From an uncultured Planctomycetaceae bacterium (GTDB taxonomy: Bacteria > Planctomycetota > Planctomycetia > Planctomycetales > Planctomycetaceae): 64,000 nt of DNA. The notes under the pieces were generated by a model that saw only the letters and a program-made list of their open reading frames with translations, did no database searches and was not told where the DNA came from. Positions 22,913 to 32,418 of the stretch are shown here, one piece after another (position 1 is the first letter of the stretch; each line of letters begins with the position of its first letter). The DNA lies in the NCBI GenBank assembly GCA_963813715.1, contig CAWFAK010000007.1, positions 448,001 to 512,000 of the forward strand, read 5' to 3'. The position numbers were made by a program, and so were the translations under genes.

Positions 22913-23096
22913 GCGAAATCCGCCCCAAAATCCGCCGCTTGAATCGAATGACGCGCCGGTCGCGGCCGCCGCGATTTCACTTCATTTTCATCGTACAGCA
23001 ACTGCGCGGGTGAGCCAACAACCTGTCGCGGCTCGCTGCAACGGAGTCTCCCAATGCGTCCGCACTCAGTCCGGGCGAACGGGCGCGCTCGCCACC

Positions 23097-23702
23097 CTAG
23101 TGCCGGCTCGAATCGTGCCCCAGCGAGTGATGGCCGGTCAGGTCGTACTCGTGCCGATACGGATCGTGCGACTCGTGACCCGAGTGATATGGGTGACCGT
23201 GATGATGCGCGTGATACGGCTCGAAGGCCCGCCGCGCGTCGCGATACAGATAGGCGACGCCGGCCAGCAGCCCCAGCGACGTCAGCGCGAAGAACCCGAG
23301 GGCCACCCAGTTGTGATGGCCGGCCACGCGCGACACGCCCGTCCGACCGGGCACATACTCCACGTCCATCACGTCCGGCGGCGGCCCCCACCAGCTCGGC
23401 ACCGCATCCACCTCTTCGCGATGGCCGCCCGTCTTCGCGTCGGTGAACGCGTACCGAATGATGAACGCGTCATCGGTTTCATCCGGCGCGTTGGCCCGAA
23501 TCACCGAGGCCTGAGCCGTCCGTCCCCAAGCCCAATACCGCACGTCCCCCAAAACAAAACAAGCCGAGATCAAAAACGCCACCGCGACCAGGACGCACGA
23601 CAAACACCCCCACAGAGCCGGCTCGCTGTACTCTTCCTTCCAGGCATAACGTCTCCCGCCCCACCCGAAATCGAAGAAATCGATGAGGTCTTCGTACGAC
23701 AT
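23097..23702 (-). CDS. DUF3592-like two-TM membrane protein with His-rich C-terminal tail
   Basis: TM - beta-rich loop (IRYAFTD..VEYVP) - TM; 13 His in the last 39 aa. Confidence 0.65.
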   Translation of the reverse strand: MSYEDLIDFFDFGWGGRRYAWKEEYSEPALWGCLSCVLVAVAFLISACFVLGDVRYWAWGRTAQASVIRANAPDETDDAFIIRYAFTDAKTGGHREEVDAVPSWWGPPPDVMDVEYVPGRTGVSRVAGHHNWVALGFFALTSLGLLAGVAYLYRDARRAFEPYHAHHHGHPYHSGHESHDPYRHEYDLTGHHSLGHDSSRH

Positions 23703-23825
23703 CCACGGCCCTCTGCTCCACCCGGCCTTGTTCCGCCTTCAACCCACCGCGATTCCAGCATAACGCCACCGACCGCCAACCGGATCACGCGGAAGCGGGA
23801 GCATCCCCTCGGTCCCAAGCTCCGG

Positions 23826-24806
23826 AGGATTTTGCATGAACCGACGTTAGGCCTTGCGCAAAAACGAGTTGGCTTCGATGATGCCCTTTGTTGTTTCCAT
23901 ACAAGCAGGAGGGGGGTCATGGAAGACCAACTCTGGAAGGCGATTTGGCGACTGTTGAAGGAGATGCACAAGCCGAGGCGTCGGGCGAGGGAGAAATTCA
24001 GCGTCGAGGACATCGTGCGTGTCTGGTTTTGGGCGGTTGTGCACGACCGTCCGGTCTTCTGGGCGACTTTGAAAGCGAATTGGCCGATCCACGAAAGGCG
24101 ACGAACGCTTCCATCCTCCAGCACGATGAGTCGAAGACTTCGCGACCCGGAGGTTCAGGGCTTGATCACGGTCTTGGAGCAGACAGTCTTCGAGCCTTCC
24201 GACAACAAGCCGCTGGTTTGGGTCATCGACGGAAAACCTCTGATAGTGAGCGGCGCAAGCGGCGATCGTCAGGCGGGATTTGGCCGTGCCCAGCGCGGCA
24301 ACGCTCGGGGTTATAAACTGCACTTAATCCAGGGAATTGACGGGCTTGTCGCCGCCTGGCGGATCGCGCCCATGAACAAAGACGAGCGGGTGATGGCTCG
24401 TCGCATGGTGCGAACAGCCGACATCCAGGGCTACCTCTTGGCCGATGCCAACTACGACTCCAATCCACTTCACGAGGTTTGCGCCGCGCGGTGATCTTCA
24501 ACTCGTGGCGCCCTTGCGTGGTGGCCGCAAGTGTGAGTCCCGACGACCCAAAATGAGCCTCGGACGAAGACGGGCCGCCGAACTGTTTGACAATCCGAAC
24601 CCGCAATTCGCGAGAGACCTGATGCTGCTCCGGAACACCATCGAACGATCCCTCGCGAATCTGACCAATTGGGGAGGCGGACTCACGCACCTGCCGCCTT
24701 GGGTCCGCACTCACCGAAGAGTTCACCGTTGGGTGCAGGCGAAGCTGATTCTCAACGCAATCAAGCGGGCCTCGACACGAACTTACGTCAATTCATGAAA
24801 AATGCT
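23826..24806 (+). mobile_element. insertion sequence, 981 bp, DDE transposase (DDE_Tnp_1 type; IS4/IS5/IS982-like, family not assigned)
   Basis: Imperfect terminal IRs: AGGATTTTGCATGAACCGACGT (23826-23847) versus the reverse complement of 24785-24806 (18/22 identical). CGG is duplicated on both flanks (23823-25, 24807-09). Confidence 0.88.
23919..24798 (+). CDS. DDE transposase; one frameshift near 24490
   Basis: LPSSSTMSRRLR, VIDGKPL, GYKLH, LADANYDS, RNTIER..L; GGAGG SD; the stop lies inside the right IR. Confidence 0.88.
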
Positions 24807-24989
24807 CGGGAGCTTGGGAACGAGCCCAACTGCCGTACGAAGCCGTGTTTCGCGAAAGTGCGGCCCCTAGCCGAGCCTGGGAAATGCGCTCGTTTGTACC
24901 ATGGTTTATTCTTGTTAGACTCCTTGGTCCCGTGACGCTGCGTTGTGGTCCATACATTCGCTCGAGTATCTATCGCCGGAGCACATACC

Positions 24990-26154
24990 ATGCAACGACA
25001 CTCGTTACTCACAATTGCACTGTGGTCTGCAGCCGTCTGCGTCGGATGTGGAAGGACCGTCACTTGGCTCCCCGATTCGTCGGGGTTCGTTTACGTCTCA
25101 GCGGTGAATGGGGACCTTTACGTCTCGAGACCCATCGGGACTGTTCCCCAAAACACCTTTCTTTGCCATGCCGGCATCGCCACGATACTTCCTGCAATTA
25201 GCCCGTCGGGTGATCGAATTGCAGTTGCCAGCATCGACACGCATTCGCCTCACGTTCCGCTGAGCCTTTCTTTCTTCGACTTGTCAGGTCGTTTGCAGCA
25301 ACAGTCGCCTGTCGTTGAGCTTCCTCGATTTCACTATCTGGGCGTTCCCATCGCTCTGTATTGGAGTACGGTAGACCCCCGGCTCATCCTTGTGTCCTTA
25401 ACCGGTATTGGCAGCGATACTCGCTGCGCAGTGGCGCTCTTCAACGTCGAGTCGAACGTCTGGACCGTCGTCAACGACGCCCACGTGCTACCCGTTTCAG
25501 GGTCGCCCTTTCTTACGCGAAGATCGTCCTTCCTCGTTGTTCAGACATCGCCGCCTGCCTTCCGGATTGCACTGGTTGACGAGCACGGCACCGCTTCAAG
25601 TCTGACTGCGGATCCCGCAATATTCACAAATGGGATTAACCTGGCTCTCCTGGGCGATCCCTGCGTGCATCAATCATATTGGGAGCGCGAAGTGGCCGTA
25701 ATTAGGTGGTCCAGTCAGGCGATTCGCATTGACACGGCGAACAGGCGGGCGGAAACGGTCGCGGTTACGCCGCTGCTTTCACAAGAACGGCAAGATTATT
25801 CAGGACCTCTACACATTCAATGGCCCGTTTCGAGTCGACGTGAGGTTCTGCGAGCTTCAACCCCGGTATGACTTGAGAAGAAGCGCGCCGCCAACGAGCC
25901 CCGGCGGCGGCCTTTTCAACAGCGTGCACATCCCGACCGGGGACGGCCAATACCGACTCGACATTGTCACCGTCTCGGCAAGCGGCCAGGTGACTCCGAT
26001 GAAAACGATTTCCGACAAAGTCGTACTCTGGAATATTGCGGCATCACCGAACAAAAGACTGTTGACCGTGCGAATGCGCGACAAGTTCTCGGGAAATCAG
26101 GTTGTCGTGATCAACAGCGCAGGTCGCGTGGTATCCTCATTGCTTGAGCAATAG
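24990..26154 (+). CDS. hypothetical lipoprotein, probable beta-propeller (TolB-like repeats); frameshift near 25780
   Basis: VCVGC lipobox; WLPDSSGFVY, ISPSGDRIAV, ASPNKRLL; visibly more AT-rich than its neighbours. Confidence 0.6.
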
Positions 26155-26275
26155 ACCGACCAATGTGTCAGACTGCCTCTCTTGCCGGCACTCGCTCCAA
26201 AAGAAAACACGGCTGGGTCTCGGTGACTCAGCCGTGCGAGTTTGCGGTGGTTGAGAGCGGGGCCGCCCAAGCAGC

Positions 26276-26668
26276 CTACTTCTCCTTATTCGGGGCGACG
26301 CCCAGTTCGTCGACGGTTTCGTTGACGCCGAGGGTGGATTGGGCCAGTTCGACGGCGTGGTGTTTGGCTTCGGAGGTCGGGACGCTGCCCTTGAGCACGA
26401 CCACGCCGCCGTCTTTCGTCTCAACCTGGAACGGGGCGTCGGCCAGTTGCTTGTCCCAGTAGAGCCGGGCGTAGACGCGGCCCTGGATCGTCATGCGGTG
26501 CGTGGCCTTCTGAATGTCGCCCCACGACTCGCGGAGCTTTTTCTCGGCCCGGTGCAGCTCGCGATCGACCTTGTCGCTGATCGAGTCTTCCTTCTGCTGG
26601 CCGACCGCGTTCATCGCGCCGAACAAAAACACCACGCAAACGGCCCCGCGCAAAAAGTTCCGCGTCAT
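26276..26668 (-). CDS. BON domain protein (secreted)
   Basis: Signal peptide; VETKDGGVVVLKGSVP..AVELAQSTLGVNETVDEL. Confidence 0.85.
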   Translation of the reverse strand: MTRNFLRGAVCVVFLFGAMNAVGQQKEDSISDKVDRELHRAEKKLRESWGDIQKATHRMTIQGRVYARLYWDKQLADAPFQVETKDGGVVVLKGSVPTSEAKHHAVELAQSTLGVNETVDELGVAPNKEK

Positions 26669-27345
26669 GGCTCTTCCCCTGTTGGTTGGTTTCTGGTGGC
26701 CTGGTTGTCCGTGCAATTGCACGCCGGCCAGCTCGTGCGGCCGCGGGCCTCGCTCGACAAGGCGGCGGCTGGGACTCGGGCGGCCCGTTTGGGCAACCTG
26801 AACTTCGCCCTGAATAGGGCCATCTTGGAAAGATCCCGGCAAAACTTCCACGATGAAGCCGCCATGGCGGCCCGGTCGGGGCTCGGCGCGATCCATTGCC
26901 GTCAGTGCGGGGAATTTTGCGAGTTGGTTCTGCGGCCGTAGAAACGCGGGATTGTTCGAACCAGCCGGTCGGCGGTAGCGTGACAGAAGGGACTGCCGCG
27001 CCTGGGGTTCGCCGTGCGCGCTGGGTAGCGCGCGGCCCGTCTGGGGCGGCTCGACGTGGGTATTCGCTGCCGAGTGGTCAGTTCATTACCACCCTGCCCA
27101 GGATCGGGACAAGTTGGGACGGGATTGATTCGAATGGGACGGCAATCGAACGGGACGGGACACGAAATCGGGACACGAGTCGTCCGGGATCGGGACACGA
27201 AGGACTTGAATCTGCCCGAGCCCCCGTGTGAACGGGGGGAGATTTCTCATCGAGTCCAAGGCAATGGCAGCAACCGGGCCGGGACGGGACACGAACGTCG
27301 GAACCGTATTGGGACACCAGGACGGGACGCACCCCACGGTTTGTC

Positions 27346-27440
27346 TCGCCCCGCTGGGGCTCGCGGGACCTTCGATGGGGGCTTGGGATCCAGGCCTAGT
27401 GCTCCGACCTGGGCTATAGAATCTCGCCCTTTCAGGGCTT
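27346..27440. repeat. REP/REPIN-like composite (two small hairpins flanking a CCAGG..CCTGG stem)
   Basis: GCCCCGCTGGGGC (27348-60), CCAGG...CCTGG, GCCCTTTCAGGGC (27426-38). Confidence 0.6.
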
Positions 27441-27740
27441 AGGACAGGACGCGAACGCGGGACACTGGGTCGTCCGCGACGGGACGCTGTTGAAACGGGA
27501 CACGGACATTGGGACGGGACACGAACGAACGGGGACGGCCGGGACTCGGATTCGGTCCCAGCTCCGGTCTCCGCCGGTCCAATCGAATGAGTCCGGCCGT
27601 AGTCCATGTCCGGCATTGACTTACGACAAACCAAAGTCCGGTCCGGACACTTTCGCGGAAAGAGGGAACCGCAGGTGGGACGGGACTCGGACGTTGGGAC
27701 GGGACAAGTTGTTTCACCGAGAAAAGCCCGGAGAAATCGG

Positions 27741-27782
27741 CCCCCTCACCCCGACCCTCTCCCGGCGGACTGGGAGAGGGTG
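27741..27782. repeat. CCCCTCACCCC-CCCTCTCCC..GGGAGAGGG-type REP-like hairpin
   Basis: Perfect 10-bp IR ACCCTCTCCC (27754-63) / GGGAGAGGGT (27772-81). Confidence 0.7.
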
Positions 27783-27865
27783 AAAGATGGGACGGGATTG
27801 GATCGGGACGGGACACGAGCGATGGGGAATGCGTTGCCGAACGAAAAACGATCGCCGCCGACGAT

Positions 27866-27923
27866 CTGCTGGTGGTGGGGATCCGTGCGCGCATAAGGGG
27901 AAAAGGATCCCCACCACCAGCAG
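27866..27923. repeat. perfect 19-bp inverted repeat with 20-nt spacer
   Basis: CTGCTGGTGGTGGGGATCC (27866-84) / GGATCCCCACCACCAGCAG (27905-23). Confidence 0.85.
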
Positions 27924-28259
27924 CGAGTCCTTCCGGGCGGTCGCGGTCCGGTTCCGACATCGTTCCGGCAGGGGACGGGACGCATCCATTGGGACGGGAT
28001 CAATCGCACGCCACCGTCGTCGCCCGGTCTCGCCGGCACAAGACCGCTGACCCGTGCCCGGCTCCTGGCAGTCGGGCCTCGGCTCCCGCTGGCTCCGCGC
28101 ACCTCCGCAATTATTCAGAGGCTCTTCACCGATTCCGAACAGCGATGAGCAAGAATTCAGACGATAAAAAGGACTGTCCCCCGCCCGAAAGCTCTGGGCA
28201 CGGGGGACGAATGTAGGAAAGGGTGAACTCCACTCAATTCCAATTTGGAGCGTGATGCC

Positions 28260-29204
28260 ATGCCAACGAACCAGGGATGGGGGGTCGGCGGCGTTCGGAC
28301 AGTCTTTATCAGTGACGTCCACCTGGGCCACAAGCATTCGCAGGGCCAGCAGCTCATCCGCTTCTTGGAGGACCTTCGGCCTCAGTCGCTGTATCTTGTC
28401 GGCGACATTATCGACGGCTGGGCTTTGAGCCGTTCGGGCTGGTCGGAGGCGTGCACCGACGTGTTGCGTCGGCTCTCGGAGATGGCCGAACAGGGAACCC
28501 GGCTCTACTACACGCCGGGCAATCACGACGCCTTTCTGCGGAACAAGGACGGCCTGCGATTTGTGACGGAGCGGTTTCCGTTCGTGGAAATCGAGAACGA
28601 ATTCATCTTCGAGGCGGCCGACGGCAGGCGGTTTGTGGTCACGCACGGCGACCTGTTCGACGTGTTCGAGACGTCGGCCCAGTGGATCTCGATGTGGCTG
28701 ACCGTGTTTTACAACACGTGCCTCTCGGCCAACCGCTGGCTGAGTCGCATCCTGCGACGGAAGGGCAAAAGCCCGTACCATCTTTGTTCCGCCGGAAAGC
28801 GAGCCGTGAAACGGGTCGTGCGGTTTTTGAGCCGCTACGAGCGATCGCTGAGCGATTACGCCGGCCGCAAAGGCTGCGACGGCGTGATCTGCGGACATTT
28901 GCACACGCCGAAGATTGCCGAGCGGGACGGCTTTGTTTACTGCAACACGGGCGACTGGGTGGAGCACTGCACGGCCCTGATCGAAGGGAACGACGGCACT
29001 CTGTCGCTGTTGCAGTTCTACGGGAACCACGCGTCGAGCGTGTCGAAGCCGCGGCCGAATGCCTGTCTCGTCGCCTCGAGCCGGAGGCCGCGTTGCTTCC
29101 GCGTCAACGCGATCTGGAATCGCTCGGAATTCGCGATCGATCGGAAGAAGACGACGACGTCTGGCGCTCGAACGGATCCCTCGTGCCGGCTTGAAGGAGA
29201 TTGA
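28260..29204 (+). CDS. metallophosphoesterase, UDP-2,3-diacylglucosamine diphosphatase-like (LpxH-like family)
   Basis: FISDVHLG, LVGDIIDGW, PGNHD, HGD, ICGHLH, YCNTGDWVEHCTAL; true C-terminus uncertain. Confidence 0.88.
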   Translation: MPTNQGWGVGGVRTVFISDVHLGHKHSQGQQLIRFLEDLRPQSLYLVGDIIDGWALSRSGWSEACTDVLRRLSEMAEQGTRLYYTPGNHDAFLRNKDGLRFVTERFPFVEIENEFIFEAADGRRFVVTHGDLFDVFETSAQWISMWLTVFYNTCLSANRWLSRILRRKGKSPYHLCSAGKRAVKRVVRFLSRYERSLSDYAGRKGCDGVICGHLHTPKIAERDGFVYCNTGDWVEHCTALIEGNDGTLSLLQFYGNHASSVSKPRPNACLVASSRRPRCFRVNAIWNRSEFAIDRKKTTTSGARTDPSCRLEGD

Positions 29205-29225
29205 CCGCGACCTCGGTCACCGGTC

Positions 29226-30834
29226 TCACTTTGTGCTCGTCTCTTTCTCCTCCCCGTGGATCTGCGCGGCTCGATCGATGTCTGCCAGCGGCAGTCGAAC
29301 GCTTCCCAGGACGAGTTTTTGGCCCTCGTTCATAACGCTGAGGAGGCAGTCGCTGCCTGCGACGTGGCGAATTCCGTAGCGATAGCGATTGGGCTCGTTG
29401 GGAATGGTCCAGATCAGCTTGCCGGTTTGCCGATTGCCAGCGTGCCGATCGACAGCGTGCGGATCGACAGTGTGCGGATCGACAGTGTGCCGATCGACAA
29501 TTCCTTGTCCGTAAACAAGCCAGCGAGTTTGATCGGGGAACCACTCGAGCGGCGCGAATAGATACGCATCCCGGGCGGCCAGAGTGGCCCGCAGGTTGCC
29601 TCCGAAATCGATGCGATCGACAAGTCGGCCCGCTTGGAGATTCCAGCACGCCAAATACGAGTGGGAGTTGTAGTAAAACAACGCCGACACTTCCCGTCCG
29701 TCGGCCGAGAACGCGATGCATTCGCAATTCATCGGGCCCGCCGGCTCGAACGCCGGAAGCGGAAGCTGTCCGGCTGGCAATCCCGAGTCGGTGCTGTAGA
29801 AGCGGAGCACCAGGCGACTCTTGTCGAACACAGCCAGGTATCGGCCGTCGGGACTGATCGCCAGCGAACTGCGGTCAAATTCCCACTCGCGCGGGAACCG
29901 CTGCACAAACTTCTGATATGGCTCGGCCACTCCGAGGATTCTGGAACGGGGCGCCCAAGCCGCAGGCGAGCAATCGGTCCCGCCCCGCCAGGGCGGCAAA
30001 GATGAGGCCGGCCGTCGGAGCATGTTGGGGCACGCGGATTCCGAGCGGCTTCTCTGCGGCGACGTCCCACACCACCAGGTCGAAAGGCTGCAAGCCCTGC
30101 GTGACAAAAATGCGGCCGTCCGGGCTCAATGTGCTCAGCGGTCGAGAGAACCCGACCAGATTTTCCGAGAGCGTCCGCAGGCCTTGGGTGGTGCCAATTC
30201 TTCGATTCGCCCGAAAGTCCCAGATCTCGCGGTGCTCGCGTCCGTTTCCGGCATTACCGACGGAGACCATGGTGCTGGGCGTCGCGGGGAAGACGATCTC
30301 CGGATTCGGGCCCTCCGGAATCGGGATGTGGACGACGTGATTCGGCGGAACCGTCGGCACTGCAGGCAGCCGTCCGATCGCCACCGCCCACGGGACGGAG
30401 ATCGGCGGCGCATCGACCTTTATCGGCGCCCCGTTGCGAGCGGGGGCTGGCCCCCTTCTGGCAAAGGCGGGTTGCCGCGCCGGTCGCCGGTTGGCGATTT
30501 TGGGCTGAGCAGGAATAGCGGGAGCCGGCGGTCGATTGGGCGCGGCATTCCGGCCGCGACGCACGACGATCAATGCCACGAGCAGTCCCAGGATCGCGAA
30601 GCCGCCCACCAGGCGGAAGGTCCAGGCCCAGAAGCGACGCGACGGCAGGCCGAGAAAATCGTCTCCTGGCGGCTCGCCGTCGATCTGGAACCCATCGTCT
30701 TTTTGCCCTTCAACCTCCGGCTCTGGAACCGTCAACTGAGCCTTGCAGTTTTCGCAATCAATAAATTGTCCGGCTCGCGCGTCGTCCACGCGCGTGGTGT
30801 GGCCACAAAATTGGCATTGAACCCGGATCGACAT
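29226..30834 (-). CDS. membrane-anchored protein: N-terminal Zn ribbon, TM, Pro-rich linker, WD40-like beta-propeller; frameshift near 29935
   Basis: CQFC..CENC; TM segment; LSPDGR, ISPDGRYLAV, FSADGRE, WFPDQ. Confidence 0.75.
29431..29500 (-). repeat. 15-bp in-frame tandem repeat (about 4.7 copies) encoding VD[R/P]H[T/A]
   Basis: cgatcgacagcgtgc / ggatcgacagtgtgc x2 plus degenerate flanking copies. Confidence 0.85.
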
Positions 30835-30918
30835 GGCCCTGCTCCGCGTCACCATTCTAACCGGCTCGACGAGAGCCTGCGGGGACAATGCCAATTCCCG
30901 CATGCAAGCGAATTCGCG

Positions 30919-32385
30919 CTAAGGGGAATGGGCATCGGGCGCCGTGGGACGGTCGCCGGCGGGGGCGGAAGCCTTTTCAGTCCTCGGCGGCGACTGCGCG
31001 GTGGGCATGAACAGGCAGCCGGTCCAGAACAACCCCGCGGCCAGCAGAATGGCGGCGGGGAGGGTCAATACCCAGGCCAAGCCGATTTTCCTCAGTGTGT
31101 CTCCCCGCAGCCCGGAGTGGTTGGCGGCCATGGTGCCGGCGACGCCGGAGGAGAGAACGTGCGTGGTACTGACGGGCAGATGGGCGACGTCGGCCAGGCC
31201 GATCGTCGCGGCTGCTACGATTTCGGCCGCCGCTCCCTGTGCGTAGCTGAGGTGGGCTTTACCGATTTTCTCCGCGACGGTCACGACGATCCGCTTGTAG
31301 CCGATGGCTGTGCCGACACCGAGGGCGAGCGCAACTCCGAGAACGACCCAGTACGGCACGAACTCGATCGCCCGGGCGAATTGTTTGTCGGCGGGCGCAA
31401 GGGCCGCGAGCGTCTCGGCACTGAGCTCGGCGTTCTGGAGTGTGCGACGAAACCGAAAGATCGACTGACGAACGTTCCAGCGTTCAGCCGGCGAGACGCT
31501 GACCAGCGAAGTTTTGCCGTCGAGGGCGGAAGTGATCGCCTGCATCTGCGGGCGGATTTTGGCGGCGACCTCGGGCGATTCTTGTTCGACGATTCTGGGT
31601 ACCGATTCCGCAGCGCTAGCCACGGCTTGGGCGAGCCCGGGATCGTGCACGTTGAGGGAATAGTAGTTCGGCAGGAATCCGATCAGCACCAGGAGAATCA
31701 GCCCCATCCCCTTCTGGCCGTCGTTGGAGCCGTGGGCCAGGCTGACGCCGCCGCAGGTCGCCAGCAGCACGCCGCGAATCCAGTGCGGCGGGTTATCGCC
31801 TTCGCCGGGCGGGTGGTAGAGGTTGGGGCTTTTGAAGATTCGCTTCATCAAGAGGAGCAGGCCGGCGGCGAAGCAGAACCCGATGACCGGCGAGATCAAA
31901 AGCGCGATCGCAACCTCGACCGCCTTGCCCCAGTTGACCCCGCTGACGTCGTGCCGCGTGAGCAGGCTATTGGCCAGGCCGACGCCGAGGATCGATCCGA
32001 TCAGCGTGTGGGAACTCGAGACCGGCAGACCGTACCACCACGTCCCCAAGTTCCAGATGACGCCCGCAAGCAGGAGCGAGATGACCATTACGATCGATCG
32101 CAGCGTCGAGCTGGCGATCAGTACGTCGACCGGCAGCAGGTTGACGATCGCGAAGGCGACCGCCGTCCCACCCAGCACGACGCCCAGGAAGTTGCAACAT
32201 CCGGAATAGACGACGGCGGGCATGGGCTTGAGCGTGCCCGTATAGATCACCGTCGTGACGGCGTTGGCCGTATCGTGGAAGCCGTTGATGAACTCGAAGG
32301 CGAAGGCGACGAACAGCGCGAACCCAAAGCAAAGCTGCTGTTGGATCGTCAGTTCGTGTAGAGCTTCCCAAAGCGACGCGCTCAC
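30919..32385 (-). CDS. inorganic phosphate transporter, PiT family
   Basis: NGFHDTANAV, GLPVSSSH, HGSNDGQKGMG, PVSTTHVLSS. Confidence 0.95.
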   Translation of the reverse strand: MSASLWEALHELTIQQQLCFGFALFVAFAFEFINGFHDTANAVTTVIYTGTLKPMPAVVYSGCCNFLGVVLGGTAVAFAIVNLLPVDVLIASSTLRSIVMVISLLLAGVIWNLGTWWYGLPVSSSHTLIGSILGVGLANSLLTRHDVSGVNWGKAVEVAIALLISPVIGFCFAAGLLLLMKRIFKSPNLYHPPGEGDNPPHWIRGVLLATCGGVSLAHGSNDGQKGMGLILLVLIGFLPNYYSLNVHDPGLAQAVASAAESVPRIVEQESPEVAAKIRPQMQAITSALDGKTSLVSVSPAERWNVRQSIFRFRRTLQNAELSAETLAALAPADKQFARAIEFVPYWVVLGVALALGVGTAIGYKRIVVTVAEKIGKAHLSYAQGAAAEIVAAATIGLADVAHLPVSTTHVLSSGVAGTMAANHSGLRGDTLRKIGLAWVLTLPAAILLAAGLFWTGCLFMPTAQSPPRTEKASAPAGDRPTAPDAHSP

Positions 32386-32418
32386 CGCGCACTCTCCGGT
32401 TGCAACTGTGCGCCGTCG

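Larger units (their letters stand above)
23808..24824. repeat. REP-like palindrome split by the IS (arms 23808-23822 and 24810-24824)
   Basis: CTCGGTCCCAAGCTC and GAGCTTGGGAACGAG are complementary at 14/15 positions; the empty site is arm-CGG-arm. Confidence 0.8.
27106..27995 (+). repeat. dispersed strand-biased GGGAC array (longer consensus GGGACGGGACACGAA)
   Basis: 29 GGGAC counted by hand on the + strand versus 1 on the - strand within about 890 bp of intergenic DNA. Confidence 0.85.

Noticed and set aside
22887..24494. 535-aa ORF suggesting a transposase with a long N-terminal extension
   Set aside because: The upstream part is antisense to 23097..23702 and lies outside the IS left IR; the true start is ATG 23919 with an SD
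24480..24500. Programmed frameshift in the transposase
   Set aside because: No slippery A-tract is visible, and it cannot be distinguished from the background indel errors
26710..26732. Sigma-54-like site upstream of the BON gene (GGCGTGCAATTGCA on the minus strand)
   Set aside because: GG-GC spacing is 9 nt rather than 10; it would need an indel, so it was not called
27106..27995. CRISPR array interpretation of the GGGAC repeats
   Set aside because: No constant 23-47-nt repeat, no regular spacer length, and no cas genes in the window
27056..28216. Short ORFs in the GGGAC tract with GTGHE/RDGTR-like repeats
   Set aside because: Motif copies fall in all frames, no clear SD or domain is present, and the ORFs cross REP-like hairpins; treated as non-coding
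28205..28240. TGGAGTTCACC on the minus strand resembling a fluoride riboswitch core
   Set aside because: The pairing 5' strand and pseudoknot are missing and no suitable gene lies downstream
30022..32361. Long antisense or alternative-frame ORFs (also 10298..12439, 33838..35460, 36522..38969, 49793..51298)
   Set aside because: Shadow ORFs of well-supported genes, expected in high-GC DNA
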